From: Arcobacteraceae bacterium
GTDB lineage: Bacteria > Campylobacterota > Campylobacteria > Campylobacterales > Arcobacteraceae
Length of the DNA stretch: 64,000 nucleotides
Direction of reading: 5' to 3'
Assembly (NCBI GenBank): GCA_965224485.1
Contig: CBDCZH010000010.1
Location: 1 to 64,000, forward strand
A model generated the notes under the pieces. That model had not been told where the DNA came from and did no database searches. It saw only the letters and a list, made by a program, of their open reading frames with translations. This document shows positions 21,453 through 33,155 of the stretch, piece after piece; the stretch's first letter is position 1; the number at the start of each line of letters is the position of its first letter. The position numbers and the translations under genes are program-made.

Positions 21453-22335
21453 ATTTTTTAAAACAGTATTTTCACCAGTTATTGCTATTTTAGATTTTAT
21501 AACAAAATATTTTAAAACAGTAGTTTTTTTAACTATTATTTATTTTGTTGTAAATTCAATGAATGAAACAAAATTGGAAAAATCAAATTTTAAAAGCGCT
21601 AATTTACAAAAAATAGAACTAATTGGCCCAATACTAAGTGTTAATGAGGTTTTAGACGATATAGAAGAAGCTAAAAGCAATAAAAACATAAAAGGTGTTC
21701 TTTTTGTAGTAAATTCACCAGGAGGTGCTGTTGCCCCTTCTGTTGAATTAGCTTATGCTATAAAAGAATTAGCAAAGATTAAACCAGTTATTGCTTATGC
21801 TTCAGGAACAATGGCTAGTGGTTCTTATTATGCTTCTATTTGGGCAAATAAAATATTTGCAAATCCTGGTTCTATGATTGGTTCTATTGGAGTAATTTTT
21901 CAAGGTGCAAATGTAGAAGAATTAATGCAAAAAATAGGTATAAAAACTCAAACAGTTAAAGTAGGTTCTTATAAAGAAGCTGGAACTCCTACAAGAGCTT
22001 GGAATAACTATGAAAAAGGCGAGCTTGAAAAAGTTATAAATGATACTTATGATATCTTTATATCTGATGTCTCAAGTGCAAGAAAATTGAAAAAAAGTGA
22101 TCATAAAAAATTTGCAGATGCGCATATTTTTACTTCAAGACAGGCAAAAGAAGTTGGTCTTATTGATGAGGTGGCTACTATTTCTACTGCTAAAAAATAT
22201 TTATATAAATTAGCAAAAGTAAAAAATCCTTCATGGAAGCAAAAAGATAAGTTTGATGCTTTTATAGATAAAGTTCTAAAAGAAGTAGTAAGTAACTTTT
22301 CAATTTCTTTACAAGGAAGCCTAAAAGCTTACTAA
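21445..22335 (+). CDS. sppA: Signal peptide peptidase SppA (S49)
   Basis: NSPGG, MASGSYY, GSIGVI and GSYKEAG motifs. Confidence 0.93.
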   Translation: MFKFFKTVFSPVIAILDFITKYFKTVVFLTIIYFVVNSMNETKLEKSNFKSANLQKIELIGPILSVNEVLDDIEEAKSNKNIKGVLFVVNSPGGAVAPSVELAYAIKELAKIKPVIAYASGTMASGSYYASIWANKIFANPGSMIGSIGVIFQGANVEELMQKIGIKTQTVKVGSYKEAGTPTRAWNNYEKGELEKVINDTYDIFISDVSSARKLKKSDHKKFADAHIFTSRQAKEVGLIDEVATISTAKKYLYKLAKVKNPSWKQKDKFDAFIDKVLKEVVSNFSISLQGSLKAY

Positions 22336-22363
22336 AAAAAAGCCCCTAAAAATAGGGGCCTTT
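22334..22363. terminator. Terminator between the convergent sppA and ackA genes
   Basis: A-run, GCCCCTA-AAAA-TAGGGGC, T-run. Confidence 0.75.
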
Positions 22364-22416
22364 AAATTATTCATTATTAACTATTCATTTTAAGTTAAAA
22401 GGTATAAACCTTTAAC

Positions 22417-23613
22417 TTAAAGCGCTGATACTATTTTATAAGTATCATTAGCAATAACATACTCTTCATTTGTAGGAATTACAAAGATTCTAGCAGCTGA
22501 GCTATTTGTTGCTATATCTCTTGCATCATTTCTTCTTTTATTATTTTTAGTTGGATCTATAATTAATCCCATTCCATCAAGTCCAGCACAAACAATTTCT
22601 CTAATAAGTGATGAATTTTCACCAATTCCACCTGTAAAACATAAGGCATCAACACCATCTAAAGCAGCCACATAAGCACCTACATATTTTTTAATATTAT
22701 AAGCAACCATTTCAACAGCTAATCTACATCTATCATCACCCTCTTGCATACCTTGAAGTACTTCTCTTAAATCAGATGATTTACCAGAAATTCCTAAAAT
22801 ACCTGATTCTTTATTCATAACATCAAGTGTTTCATTAATAGTCATATTTTCTTGGTTCATCATATATGAAATTGCACCAGCTCCAACATCACCAGCACGT
22901 GTTCCCATCATTAAACCTTGAACTGGTGTTAAACCCATTGATGTATCAATACATTTACCATTTAAAACAGCAGATACAGAAGAACCATTTCCTAAGTGAC
23001 ATACAATTACTCTTGTATTATGTTTCTTATCTAACATTTCTTGAGCTTTACTTGATACAAAAAAGTGGCTTGTTCCATGGAAACCATATTTTCTAATACC
23101 ATGTTTAGTATATTGATCATATGGAAGTGGATACATATAAGCATAATCTGGCATTGTTTGATGAAAAGCTGTATCAAATACTGCTACATTTGGAACACCT
23201 GGCATTAAATCAGCACAGATTTTCATACCCATAATATTTGCTGGATTATGTAAAGGAGCTAAAGGAATTAATTCTGTCATAGTTTGAATTACTTTATCAC
23301 TTACAATAACAGAAGAAGCAAAATCTTCTCCTCCATGAACTGCTCTATGTCCTATTGCTTGTATTTCAGAAATAGAAGAAATTACTTTACCTTCCCCTTG
23401 TGTTAATGTATTTAATACTAATTCAATTGCTTCTTTATGAGTAGGCATCAAAATTTCAGTTTTAATTTTTTTATCTTCACCGAATTCATGTGTTAAAACA
23501 CCATCAATTCCAATTCTTTCACAAATACCAAGAGCTAAAACTTCTTTACTAACTGGATTCATTAATTGATATTTTAATGACGAACTACCTGCATTTAAGA
23601 TGAATACTAACAT
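22417..23613 (-). CDS. ackA: Acetate kinase
   Basis: LNAGSSSLK, GHRAVHGG, APLHNPAN, FDTAFHQT, KYGFHGTSH and PTNEE motifs. Confidence 0.97.
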   Translation of the reverse strand: MLVFILNAGSSSLKYQLMNPVSKEVLALGICERIGIDGVLTHEFGEDKKIKTEILMPTHKEAIELVLNTLTQGEGKVISSISEIQAIGHRAVHGGEDFASSVIVSDKVIQTMTELIPLAPLHNPANIMGMKICADLMPGVPNVAVFDTAFHQTMPDYAYMYPLPYDQYTKHGIRKYGFHGTSHFFVSSKAQEMLDKKHNTRVIVCHLGNGSSVSAVLNGKCIDTSMGLTPVQGLMMGTRAGDVGAGAISYMMNQENMTINETLDVMNKESGILGISGKSSDLREVLQGMQEGDDRCRLAVEMVAYNIKKYVGAYVAALDGVDALCFTGGIGENSSLIREIVCAGLDGMGLIIDPTKNNKRRNDARDIATNSSAARIFVIPTNEEYVIANDTYKIVSAL

Positions 23614-23643
23614 TTATTTTCCTTCTTTATTTATTGATTTTTA

Positions 23644-24642
23644 TTATTTAACAACTTGTGTTGCTGTAATTGCTACTAGGTTTGAAATATCTTCAACTGA
23701 ACAACCCCTGGATAAATCATTAACTGGTTTATTTAAACCTTGAATAATTGGTCCATGAGCAGCGGCATTTGCAAATCTTTGAACTAATTTATATCCTATA
23801 TTACCAGCTTGTAAATCAGGAAATACTAAAATATTTGCCTTTCCAGCAACTTTAGAACCAGGTGCTTTTTTAGCCCCAATTGCTTCAATAATTGCAGCAT
23901 CAGCTTGCATCTCTCCATCATAAGCAAAATTAACATTTCTTGAATCTAAGATTTTAACTGCATCTGTAACCTTATCTACTAAGGGGTGTTTTGCACTTCC
24001 TTTTGTTGAAAAAGATAACATAGCAACTCTTGGTACAATTCCAACTACATTTTTAGCAGTTTCAGCCGTTGCAGCTGCTATATCAGCTAATTGTTCTGAT
24101 GTTGGTTCTGGTAAAACTGCACAATCTGCAAATAAAATTAAACCATCATCTCCAAACTTACCATCATGTGTTTCCATTACAAAAGTTGAGGAAACAGTTT
24201 TAATACCAGGAGCTGTTTTAATTACTTGGAAAGCTGCTCTTAATACATCTGAAGTTGCAGAATCAGAGCCTGCAACCATTCCTTGTGCATCTCCAAGTCT
24301 AACCATCATACATGCAAAAAATCTACACTCGTTTTCTAAGGTCTCTTTGGCTTCTTCTTTACTTAAACCTTTTGATTTTCGTAAATCTACTAGTTCATTT
24401 ACATAAGTATTTATATTATCAAACTTTTTTGGATCAACTATTTTTGCACCATCAATATTTGCCCCACATGATTTTGCATTTTTTTTAATTTCTTCTTCAT
24501 TTCCAATTAATACAATATTTGCAGTTTTTTCTTCTAAAACTATTGCAGATGCTTTTAATACTCTTTCATCTGAGCTTTCAGGAAGAACAATTGTTCTTAA
24601 TTCTTTTTTAGCATTTTCTTTAATACGTTCTATTAAACCCAT
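23644..24642 (-). CDS. pta: Phosphate acetyltransferase (short class I)
   Basis: IVLPE, FADCAV, AMLSFSTKGS, DGEMQADAA, GNIGYK and NDLSRG motifs. Confidence 0.96.
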   Translation of the reverse strand: MGLIERIKENAKKELRTIVLPESSDERVLKASAIVLEEKTANIVLIGNEEEIKKNAKSCGANIDGAKIVDPKKFDNINTYVNELVDLRKSKGLSKEEAKETLENECRFFACMMVRLGDAQGMVAGSDSATSDVLRAAFQVIKTAPGIKTVSSTFVMETHDGKFGDDGLILFADCAVLPEPTSEQLADIAAATAETAKNVVGIVPRVAMLSFSTKGSAKHPLVDKVTDAVKILDSRNVNFAYDGEMQADAAIIEAIGAKKAPGSKVAGKANILVFPDLQAGNIGYKLVQRFANAAAHGPIIQGLNKPVNDLSRGCSVEDISNLVAITATQVVK

Positions 24643-24672
24643 CTAAGTCCTTTAAGATAATTTTTCTAATTA

Positions 24673-24707
24673 AGTATAATATTTGAACATAGCAATAACG
24701 TAGCATT
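24673..24707 (-). promoter_or_regulatory. pta promoter: TGCTA-N6-TGCTA direct-repeat box upstream of a TATACT -10
   Basis: + strand TAGCA at 24690 and 24701; AGTATA at 24673-78. Confidence 0.6.
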
Positions 24708-24835
24708 TAGAACAAATAACAAAGCAGTTTTTTTTATATTTTGTACAATAATTGTACATAAAAATTGTAAAAGTATAGAAGTAGTTGAATTATTAAAGAA
24801 CTAATTCTTTGTTAGTATTATCTTTAGTAAAAGCC

Positions 24836-26026
24836 TTAGGCTTTTACTAAATTGTAGGTATCATTTGCAATTACAAATTCTTCATTTGTAGGTATTACAA
24901 AAATCTTTGTTTTTGACTTATCTGTATTTATTTCTCTTTTCTTTTTATCTTTTTTTAAATTTTTCTTTTTATCAAGTTCAATACCCATAAACTCTAAACC
25001 AGTACAGACTTTCTCTCTTATTAAATCAGCATTTTCACCAATTCCTGCTGTAAAACAAATAGCATCAACTCCACCCATCATTCCAGCATATGAACAAATA
25101 TATTTTTTAATTCTATTACATTTCATATCAATTGCTAAGATGGCTCTTTCGTCACCTTTATTACTAGCTTCAATAATTTCTCTTAAATCAGATGATATTC
25201 CAGATACTCCTAAAAGACCTGATTTTTTATTTAAGTAATCAACTAGTTGTTCAGCACTCATTTGTTTTTGTTCCATTAAATACGAAATTACAGCAGGGTC
25301 TAAATCACCAGATCTTGTCCCCATCATAAGACCTTCCAAAGGAGTTAGTCCCATAGATGTATCAACAGATTTTCCATCTTGAACAGCACAAATAGAGGAA
25401 CCATTTCCTAAATGACATACTATTACTTTAGAATTCTTTTTATCTAATAACTTATTTGCTTCATTCGAGACAAAATAATGGCTAGTTCCGTGAAAACCAT
25501 ATTTTCTTACTCCATATTCTTTATAATCACTATAAGGAACAGCATACATATAAGATGAAGGTTTCATTGTTTGATGAAAAGCTGTGTCAAAAACAGCAAT
25601 ATTTGGTTTATTTTTAATTAAATCCATACATATTTTAATTCCCAGAATATGAGCAGGATTATGTAAGGGTGCAAGAGGAACAAGTTTTGTTAATTTTTTT
25701 AATACATCAGCATCAATAATAACTGATTTTGTAAAATATTCACCACCATGAACAACTCTATGTCCTATTGCATCAATATCATCTTTAATTGAGTCAATAA
25801 CTTTTGTTGTGCCATTAACTAATAGTTCTAAAACTTTTTCTATTGCTTCTTTGTGGCTTGGTAAATTAATATCTAATATTGTTTTAACTCCCTTTGCTTC
25901 ATGAATTATTTTTCCATCAATTCCAATTCTTTCACATAAACCAGAAGCAAACACTTCATGTGTTGCATGATTCATTAATTGATATTTTAATGATGAACTT
26001 CCTGCATTTAATATAAATATTAACAT
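24836..26026 (-). CDS. ackA: Acetate kinase (second paralog)
   Basis: Same acetate kinase motifs; start set at MLIFILNAG by comparison with the paralog. Confidence 0.95.
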   Translation of the reverse strand: MLIFILNAGSSSLKYQLMNHATHEVFASGLCERIGIDGKIIHEAKGVKTILDINLPSHKEAIEKVLELLVNGTTKVIDSIKDDIDAIGHRVVHGGEYFTKSVIIDADVLKKLTKLVPLAPLHNPAHILGIKICMDLIKNKPNIAVFDTAFHQTMKPSSYMYAVPYSDYKEYGVRKYGFHGTSHYFVSNEANKLLDKKNSKVIVCHLGNGSSICAVQDGKSVDTSMGLTPLEGLMMGTRSGDLDPAVISYLMEQKQMSAEQLVDYLNKKSGLLGVSGISSDLREIIEASNKGDERAILAIDMKCNRIKKYICSYAGMMGGVDAICFTAGIGENADLIREKVCTGLEFMGIELDKKKNLKKDKKKREINTDKSKTKIFVIPTNEEFVIANDTYNLVKA

Positions 26027-26067
26027 GTATAAAACCTTTATTTTTCTAAATTTATACAATTAGTATA

Positions 26068-26718
26068 TCAAAACTCTATATAAAGAGTTTTGATATTTTT
26101 ATTTAATAATAACTTTTTTTGATTTTTTAGTTTTAGAAACATCATTGAGGTCATAAGTGCATCATTAAACGCATCATGCTTAGAAAAAATAGGAATATCC
26201 AAATCTTTCATAATAGTATCAAAGCGTAAATCAATATTACTTTGGGGAATTTTTTCTATTTTCCAGTCATAATAAATGGCTGAAACTTCATAAATTTTAT
26301 TTGGTAATTTTATACCAAGAGATTTTTTAATATATTTATTAACCATTGCTACATCAAATTCTAAATAATAACCAACTAATGTTCTTGAACCTATAAATTC
26401 TAAAAAATCTTTTAGTACTTCATTTATATCTTCTGCTTCTTCTAAATCACACTCTCTTATATGATGAACTTTAATTGCCTCAATTTGTAATTTTGTTTTT
26501 GGTTTTACGAATTTAACAAATTTTTTACTAGAAACTATTGTATTGTTTTTTATTAAAACAGCACCAATTGAAATAATGTCATCAATTTTTGGATTTAATC
26601 CAGTAGTTTCACAATCAAAACAGATGTATTCATTTATAGGACTTTTATCAAAAAGATATAAATATTTTTCATCTTTTAATTTTTTTTTAGCAAAATGATT
26701 TTTAATAAGTCTAAGCAT
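26068..26718 (-). CDS. DEDDh 3'-5' exonuclease-like protein
   Basis: DCETTG, GYYLEFD and HDAFNDA motifs. Confidence 0.9.
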   Translation of the reverse strand: MLRLIKNHFAKKKLKDEKYLYLFDKSPINEYICFDCETTGLNPKIDDIISIGAVLIKNNTIVSSKKFVKFVKPKTKLQIEAIKVHHIRECDLEEAEDINEVLKDFLEFIGSRTLVGYYLEFDVAMVNKYIKKSLGIKLPNKIYEVSAIYYDWKIEKIPQSNIDLRFDTIMKDLDIPIFSKHDAFNDALMTSMMFLKLKNQKKLLLNKNIKTLYIEF

Positions 26719-28552
26719 AATTAAGCTTATAATGATGCTCTAATTTCTTTTTTAACTTATTTACAATTTTAAAACTATCTTTTAATAAGTCTTTTTCCAT
26801 AGTTGTTAAATCTTTTGGATTAATATAGTTATTCACTTCTTGTTTTGATTCTAACTCTTCTAAATTTGATTTTAATTTTAATGTTAGCAAGAATTTAAAA
26901 GCTTCACTTATCTCAGAAGCAAACTCTTTATCAAATTCACCTAGTTTTTCTAATTGTGAAATTCTTTTTAATGTATTTGTTCTCATTAATTTATGCTCTA
27001 AAGCTAGAGTTCTTATGCTTTGAACTATTATAAAAATACCACCTTTTTTAATATCAAGTTCATTTTTATGTTCTTTATTTTTAGAATCAAATACAAAACC
27101 ATCAAAGAAACCTAAAGGTACATCAAAATCCATAATGATTTTTGCAAAGTGCATGAAAAATGAAGCTGAAGTTGAACCTATTTTAAAAATATACTTTTTT
27201 AGTTCAATTATTAATTCTTTATCTCCACTAGCACAAATTGCATCATAGAAAATAGCAAGATTCATAAAGTTGTCACCTGAGGGTTGAGTAATCCAAGCAA
27301 AAATTAAATCTTTAAACTCTTTTTTGCGTCTACACCAGTAAGGGTTCGAAACCATAATATTTCCCTTACATCTAGGGAAACCAAAATCAACAAGAGTATC
27401 AGTATATAGATTTGTGAATTTTTTTAAATTTTCATTGCTAATAGTACAGTCATCACTTAAAATTAAAGCATTATCTTGATCTGTTTTTATGATTTGTTCA
27501 CTTCTTCCTTCACTTCCCATAACTAATAAACAGTATTTTCCTTTTAACTCTTCTGGACTTAGAATATTAAAAAGTTTATGCATTACTTTTCTATTTAATT
27601 GATTTACTAGTTTTGAAATAAAATCAACTTTAACTCCTTTTGCATTAAGAGATTTAATGATTTTTATAAATCCACTTGTTGCATCTTTAAGCTCTTCAAT
27701 ACTTTCTGCTTTTTCAATTTTATTTGAAACAGAAAATGTATGGGTTGCAAAAAATGAAGATAAAGAAATCTGATCAATAATTCCTATGATTTTTTCCTTG
27801 TCATCTCTTACAATTACTCTTTTTAAACCATGTTTTGTCATTATTAATTGTGCGTTAAATAAAAAATCATTTTCATTTACGTAAACTAACCCAGAATTAG
27901 AAATTTTTCCAACACTATCATCAAAATCCATTCTATTTAAAATCACTTTTTGTCTAAAGTCTGAGTCTGTTACTATATGTATTTTTTTATCTTTATCTTC
28001 TAAAAGCAAAGTAGGTACTTTTTCTTTTTTTATTACTTTTACTGCTTCATATATTGAAGTTTCATATGGAACTATTACTGCTTTATGAACAGTTGCATCT
28101 TTTACTTTTGCTAACATTAAATTTGATAAGTCTTTATCTTTTTCATTGTTTACATTATTTATGAGTTTTTGAGAAATACTTTGAAAAAAGAAACTTTCTA
28201 TTTTTGAGTTTTCATGCAAAGCAGAAATAAATATATCTCTTTGTAAGGAGTAACAAATAGTTTCTTCATAGCATACAAAAGAGTGTTTTGAATAGTTTTC
28301 AACTAAAGACTTAGCATCAAAGAATTCATTTTGTGAATATATTGATATTACTTCATTATCTAGTTTTTCTTGTACGAGACCTTTTATAATAAAATATAGA
28401 TGTGTTGTTTCTTCTTCTTGTTTTTGAATAGTTTCATCTTTTTTAAAATAAACAATATCTAAGTTATCTACGAATTTTAATATTTGTGTTTTTGTTAACT
28501 TTTCAAAAGGGTGAATAGCTTTTAAAAAATTAACTTGCTCAACTTGACTCAT
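26711..28552 (-). CDS. cNMP-binding/CBS/DUF294 putative nucleotidyltransferase
   Basis: N-terminal HPF cNMP-like domain, CBS pair, MGSEGRSEQIIKTDQDNAL, CKGNIMVSNP.W and DIKKGG. Confidence 0.9.
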   Translation of the reverse strand: MSQVEQVNFLKAIHPFEKLTKTQILKFVDNLDIVYFKKDETIQKQEEETTHLYFIIKGLVQEKLDNEVISIYSQNEFFDAKSLVENYSKHSFVCYEETICYSLQRDIFISALHENSKIESFFFQSISQKLINNVNNEKDKDLSNLMLAKVKDATVHKAVIVPYETSIYEAVKVIKKEKVPTLLLEDKDKKIHIVTDSDFRQKVILNRMDFDDSVGKISNSGLVYVNENDFLFNAQLIMTKHGLKRVIVRDDKEKIIGIIDQISLSSFFATHTFSVSNKIEKAESIEELKDATSGFIKIIKSLNAKGVKVDFISKLVNQLNRKVMHKLFNILSPEELKGKYCLLVMGSEGRSEQIIKTDQDNALILSDDCTISNENLKKFTNLYTDTLVDFGFPRCKGNIMVSNPYWCRRKKEFKDLIFAWITQPSGDNFMNLAIFYDAICASGDKELIIELKKYIFKIGSTSASFFMHFAKIIMDFDVPLGFFDGFVFDSKNKEHKNELDIKKGGIFIIVQSIRTLALEHKLMRTNTLKRISQLEKLGEFDKEFASEISEAFKFLLTLKLKSNLEELESKQEVNNYINPKDLTTMEKDLLKDSFKIVNKLKKKLEHHYKLNYA

Positions 28553-28676
28553 AAAAGAATTCCTTTAATTTTAATATTAATAGTATATCAAAAGATTAGT
28601 AAGTAAATGAATATATTTTTATAATAAAATATCTTATTTATACAATAAAGAGTTTAACTCTTTATTGTATAAGATA

Positions 28677-30329
28677 TTAGTGATCAACTGCTCCCTCTGA
28701 TCCAATACCTGTATTTGCTCTAATATTTTGAGCTCTATATTTTTCTTTTTCTTCTTTTCCTCTTTGCGAATTATCCGTACTTGAAAAAAACCAAATTGAA
28801 GCAAATGCAAGAGTAACTGAAAATAGTGCAGGGTGTTTATAAGGAAAAATAGCTTCTTCATTTCCTAAAATAGAAACCCATACAATTGGTCCAATTATTA
28901 CAAGAACTACTGCTGTAATTAAACCAAGAAAACCTCCAATAAATGCTCCTCTTGTTGTTAACCCTTTCCAATAAATTGATAAAAATAAAATTGGGAAGTT
29001 TGAAGATGCTGCAATACCAAAAGCTAAACCAACCATATAAGCAATATTTTGTTCTTCAAACATAATACCTAAAGCAACACCAGCAATACCAAGTACAACT
29101 ACAAAGATTTTTGAAATTCTAATTTCATTTTCTTCTTTTGCATTTCCATTACATATTACATTTGCGTAAATATCATGAGAAATTGCAGATGCTCCTGCTA
29201 AAGTAAGACCAGAAACAACAGCTAAAATAGTTGCAAATGCAACAGCTGATATAAATCCTAAGAAAGCATTTCCACCTAACATATGAGATAAGTGAATAGC
29301 AGCCATATTATTTCCACCAAATAATCTTCCATCTACAAAATACTGTGCACCTTCGCTTGAATTTAAAAATGCAATTGCACCAAATCCAACTATTGTGATA
29401 ATAATCCAAAAATAACCAACAAAAGCAGTTGCATAAACTACAGATTTTCTAGCTTCCTTTGCATTTCCAACAGTAAAGAATCTCATAAGTACATGAGGTA
29501 AACCAGCTGTTCCTAACATTAAAGCCATTCCTAAAGAAATAGCAGAAATAGGATCTGATATGAAACCACCAGGAGCAAGTATTGATATTCCAGCACTGTG
29601 ATTTTCAACTGCTTTAACAGCTAAACTTTCAAAAGAAAAATCAAAATGGTATAAAACCATAATAGCCATAAATGAAACACCAGTTAAAAGTAAACACGCT
29701 TTAATTATTTGAACCCAAGTAGTTGCAAGCATACCTCCAAAAGTTACATAAATTACCATCATAACTCCAACTAACATAACAGCAAATTCATATTCCATTC
29801 CAAATAATACTTGAATTAATTTTCCAGCTCCAACCATTTGAGCTATTAAATATAAAAGTACAACAGATAATGAACCAAAAGCAGCTAATACTCTAATCTC
29901 TTTTTGTCCAAGTCTATAAGCCGCAATATCTGCAAAAGTATATTTACCTAAGTTTCTTAACTTCTCAGCCATAAAGAATAAAATAATTGGCCAACCAACT
30001 AAAAAAGAAACAGCATAAATAACACCATCATAACCTTTTAAATAAATAAGTCCAGATACTCCTAAGAAAGCAGCAGCAGACATATAATCACCAGCAATTG
30101 CTAAACCATTTTGAAAACCTGTTATTCCTCCACCTGCTGTATAAAAATCACTTGCAGATTTTGTTTTTTTAGCAGCCCAATAAGTAATACCTAAAGTTCC
30201 ACTTATAAAAACAAAAAACATAATAATTGCAGGAACATTTAATTCTCGTTTAACTGCTTCAAAAGTAGCATCTCCTGCTGCAAAAGCACCAAGACTAATA
30301 AGTGTAAGTAGGGTTAAAATTTTTAACAT
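28677..30329 (-). CDS. actP: Cation/acetate symporter
   Basis: [44 protein letters not shown] and [15 protein letters not shown] motifs. Confidence 0.93.
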   Translation of the reverse strand: MLKILTLLTLISLGAFAAGDATFEAVKRELNVPAIIMFFVFISGTLGITYWAAKKTKSASDFYTAGGGITGFQNGLAIAGDYMSAAAFLGVSGLIYLKGYDGVIYAVSFLVGWPIILFFMAEKLRNLGKYTFADIAAYRLGQKEIRVLAAFGSLSVVLLYLIAQMVGAGKLIQVLFGMEYEFAVMLVGVMMVIYVTFGGMLATTWVQIIKACLLLTGVSFMAIMVLYHFDFSFESLAVKAVENHSAGISILAPGGFISDPISAISLGMALMLGTAGLPHVLMRFFTVGNAKEARKSVVYATAFVGYFWIIITIVGFGAIAFLNSSEGAQYFVDGRLFGGNNMAAIHLSHMLGGNAFLGFISAVAFATILAVVSGLTLAGASAISHDIYANVICNGNAKEENEIRISKIFVVVLGIAGVALGIMFEEQNIAYMVGLAFGIAASSNFPILFLSIYWKGLTTRGAFIGGFLGLITAVVLVIIGPIVWVSILGNEEAIFPYKHPALFSVTLAFASIWFFSSTDNSQRGKEEKEKYRAQNIRANTGIGSEGAVDH

Positions 30330-30643
30330 TATAATAAATCCTTTACATCTTCTTTTATGCTATTTGTTAAATCTTCAAACTCACCATTTGCTCTTCTTAC
30401 ATAAATGATTGTTGTTATAAAACTAATAACTAAAATTGCTAAAGCAATTGGAAAAGCTACTGTTGTTATTCCATCACCAATAGTAGTTGCAAGTATTTCT
30501 TTGTTAAATGCAATTACTAAAATATAAGCATAAAACATAACAAGTACGAAAATTCCCAGCTTTAAAGCAAAAGCATTTCTTTTTGCTAAGAGCTCTTTAT
30601 ACTTAGGATGATTTTCAATTGTATTTACTAATTCTTCATTCAT
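30329..30643 (-). CDS. DUF485 (YjcH-like) small membrane protein
   Basis: Two TM helices, [12 protein letters not shown]; coupled to actP. Confidence 0.88.
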   Translation of the reverse strand: MNEELVNTIENHPKYKELLAKRNAFALKLGIFVLVMFYAYILVIAFNKEILATTIGDGITTVAFPIALAILVISFITTIIYVRRANGEFEDLTNSIKEDVKDLL

Positions 30644-30893
30644 CTTTTCTCCTTCTTCCATAATAAGAAAAAATTCTATTAACGTGAGTACTTAATTATA
30701 AGTTTTGTTAATAATACCACTAACATAAATCTAAACCATTTTAATTATACAAATAATAAAGCTTATATATATTTTGCTTCTTTTAATTGTGTATGATTTA
30801 TGAAAGTTGTTGATATAAGTAACATAATATGTAGGTTTATTTGAATTTTTGGAATTAATATAATAAATTAAGTAAGAAATTTACAATTGTTGT

Positions 30894-30920
30894 TCAAAGA
30901 GAGAAAAAATCTCTCTTTGA
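30894..30920 (-). terminator. Hairpin after the second actP
   Basis: TCAAAGAGAGA-AAAAA-TCTCTCTTTGA. Confidence 0.6.
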
Positions 30921-30947
30921 TGTATAATAATAGTACATTTTGTATCT

Positions 30948-32600
30948 TTAGTGATCAACTGCACCTTCAGAACCAAAACCAGTTTCAGCTCTTACTTTTT
31001 GAGCTTCAAAAGCTTTGATTTCATCTTTTGCTCTTTGCGATTTATCAGTAACTGAGAAAAACCAAATGCTTAAAAATGCAACAGTTACAGAAAATAATGC
31101 AGGATGTTTATAAGGGAAAATAGGAGTTTCATTTCCTAAAACAGATACCCAAACAACTGGTCCTATTATTACTAAGATAACAGCAGTACTAAGACCTAAT
31201 AGTCCACCAATAAATGCACCTCTTGTTGTAAGTTTTGACCAATAAATTGATAAAAATAAAATTGGAAAGTTAGCAGATGCAGCAATTGCAAAAGCAAGTC
31301 CTACCATAAATGCAATATTTTGATGTTCAAAAGCAATTCCTAATACAACACCAACAATACCAATTACAATAACAGCTCTTTTAGAAACTTTCATTTCCAT
31401 TTCTTCATTAGGTTTCCCATTACAAATAACATTAGCATAAATATCATGAGATATTGCAGATGCCCCAGCTAGCGTTAGACCTGAAACAACAGCTAAAATT
31501 GTAGCAAAAGCAACAGCTGAAATAAATCCTAAGAATATATCTCCACCTACAACATGAGATAAGTGAATAGCAGCCATATTAGCTCCACCAAATAATTTAC
31601 CATCTGTAAAGTATGGTGCACCTTCTGGAGAGTTTAGAAATACAATAGCACCTAAACCAATAACAGCAATTACTAAATAAAAGTAACCAATAAAACCAGT
31701 TGCATAAACAACAGATTTTCTAGCTTCCTTAGCATTTCCAACTGTAAAGAATCTCATAAGAACATGAGGTAAACCAGCAGTTCCAAGCATTAAAGCTAGT
31801 CCTAAAGAAATAGCAGATATTGGATCTGATATAAAGCCGCCAGGTGCCATAATAGCTTGTCCTAAATCATGTGATTCAACTGCTTTTGTTGCAAGTGCTG
31901 TAAAGTCAAAATTAAAGTGAGATAAAATCATAAATGCCATAAATGTAACACCTGATAATAATAAAACTGCTTTAATAATTTGAACCCAAGTAGTTGCAAG
32001 CATACCACCAAAAGTTACGTATATAATCATCATTACACCAACAAGTATTACTGCGTATTCGTATTCAAGTCCAAATAAAACCTGAATAAGTTTTCCACTT
32101 CCTACCATTTGAGCAATTAAATATAAAGTAACAACTGATAAAGAACCAAAAGCAGCTAGAGTTCTAATTTCTTTTTGACCTAGTCTAAAAGCCGCAATAT
32201 CAGCAAAAGTAAATTTACCTAAGTTTCTTAATTTTTCAGCCATTAAAAATAAAATAACAGGCCAACCAACTAAAAATCCAACAGCATAAACTAAACCATC
32301 ATAACCTTTTAAATATACAAGTCCAGAAAGTCCCAAAAATGAAGCAGCACTCATATAATCACCAGCAATTGCCATACCATTTTGAAAACCTGTAATTCCA
32401 CCACCAGCTGTATAAAAATCACTAGCAGATTTTGTTTTTTTAGCTGCCCAATAAGTAATACCTAAAGTAGCACCTATAAAAATAAAGAACATTATAATTG
32501 CTGGAATATTAATATCTCTTTTTGAAGCTTCAAAAGTAGCATCTCCTGCTGAAAATGCACTTAGTGCAAAAATTGCAATAATAGCTAATATTTTAAACAT
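30948..32600 (-). CDS. actP: Cation/acetate symporter (second paralog)
   Basis: Same ActP motifs, same length (550 aa) as the neighbouring paralog. Confidence 0.93.
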   Translation of the reverse strand: MFKILAIIAIFALSAFSAGDATFEASKRDINIPAIIMFFIFIGATLGITYWAAKKTKSASDFYTAGGGITGFQNGMAIAGDYMSAASFLGLSGLVYLKGYDGLVYAVGFLVGWPVILFLMAEKLRNLGKFTFADIAAFRLGQKEIRTLAAFGSLSVVTLYLIAQMVGSGKLIQVLFGLEYEYAVILVGVMMIIYVTFGGMLATTWVQIIKAVLLLSGVTFMAFMILSHFNFDFTALATKAVESHDLGQAIMAPGGFISDPISAISLGLALMLGTAGLPHVLMRFFTVGNAKEARKSVVYATGFIGYFYLVIAVIGLGAIVFLNSPEGAPYFTDGKLFGGANMAAIHLSHVVGGDIFLGFISAVAFATILAVVSGLTLAGASAISHDIYANVICNGKPNEEMEMKVSKRAVIVIGIVGVVLGIAFEHQNIAFMVGLAFAIAASANFPILFLSIYWSKLTTRGAFIGGLLGLSTAVILVIIGPVVWVSVLGNETPIFPYKHPALFSVTVAFLSIWFFSVTDKSQRAKDEIKAFEAQKVRAETGFGSEGAVDH

Positions 32601-32914
32601 TATAATAAATCCTTTACATCTTCTTTGATCTGGTTTGTTAAATCTTCAAACTCACCATTTGCTCTTCTTACGTAAATAAGTGTAGTTATAAAACTAATAA
32701 CAATAATAGCCGCTGCTATTGGAAATGCTATAGTCATAACTCCATCACCAATTTTTATACCTAAAAGTGCGGGATCAAATGCAATTGTTAAGATAAATGC
32801 ATAAAACATAATTAAAACAAAAATTGAAAGTTTTAAAGAAAAACTTGTTCTTTTTTTGATTAATTCTTGATACTTGGGATTAGCTTTGATTTTTTCAACT
32901 AATTCATCATTCAT
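32600..32914 (-). CDS. DUF485 (YjcH-like) small membrane protein
   Basis: Paralog of 30329-30643; [12 protein letters not shown]. Confidence 0.88.
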   Translation of the reverse strand: MNDELVEKIKANPKYQELIKKRTSFSLKLSIFVLIMFYAFILTIAFDPALLGIKIGDGVMTIAFPIAAAIIVISFITTLIYVRRANGEFEDLTNQIKEDVKDLL

Positions 32915-33102
32915 ATTTCTTCCTCCCCAGGATTTTATATAATTTTAAATAAACTATGTAATACAGTGCTTATATAGCAGTAAAATAGTATTTAAAAAAC
33001 ATTTATATTATACATATTTAAAATTATAAGTAAGTATTTAAAGTAAAATGTTTAAAAATTATTAAAAAAAAATACTTGGGGTAACTTTAGGTTACAAGAA
33101 AG

Positions 33103-33121
33103 ATAGCATTAACGTAGCATT
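33103..33121 (-). promoter_or_regulatory. TGCTA-N6-TGCTA direct-repeat box upstream of DUF485-actP
   Basis: ATAGCATTAACGTAGCATT is 18/19 identical to the pta-promoter box at 24689-24707. Confidence 0.65.
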
Positions 33122-33155
33122 GGGAAATAATTAAATTTTTTTTAGTAATAATTAT

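Noticed and set aside
26068..26718. DEDDh genes as dnaQ or as CBASS-like defence components
   Set aside because: Both copies are coupled to CBS/DUF294 genes in a metabolic island; the NTase is GlnD/GlnE-like rather than CD-NTase-like and no effector is adjacent.
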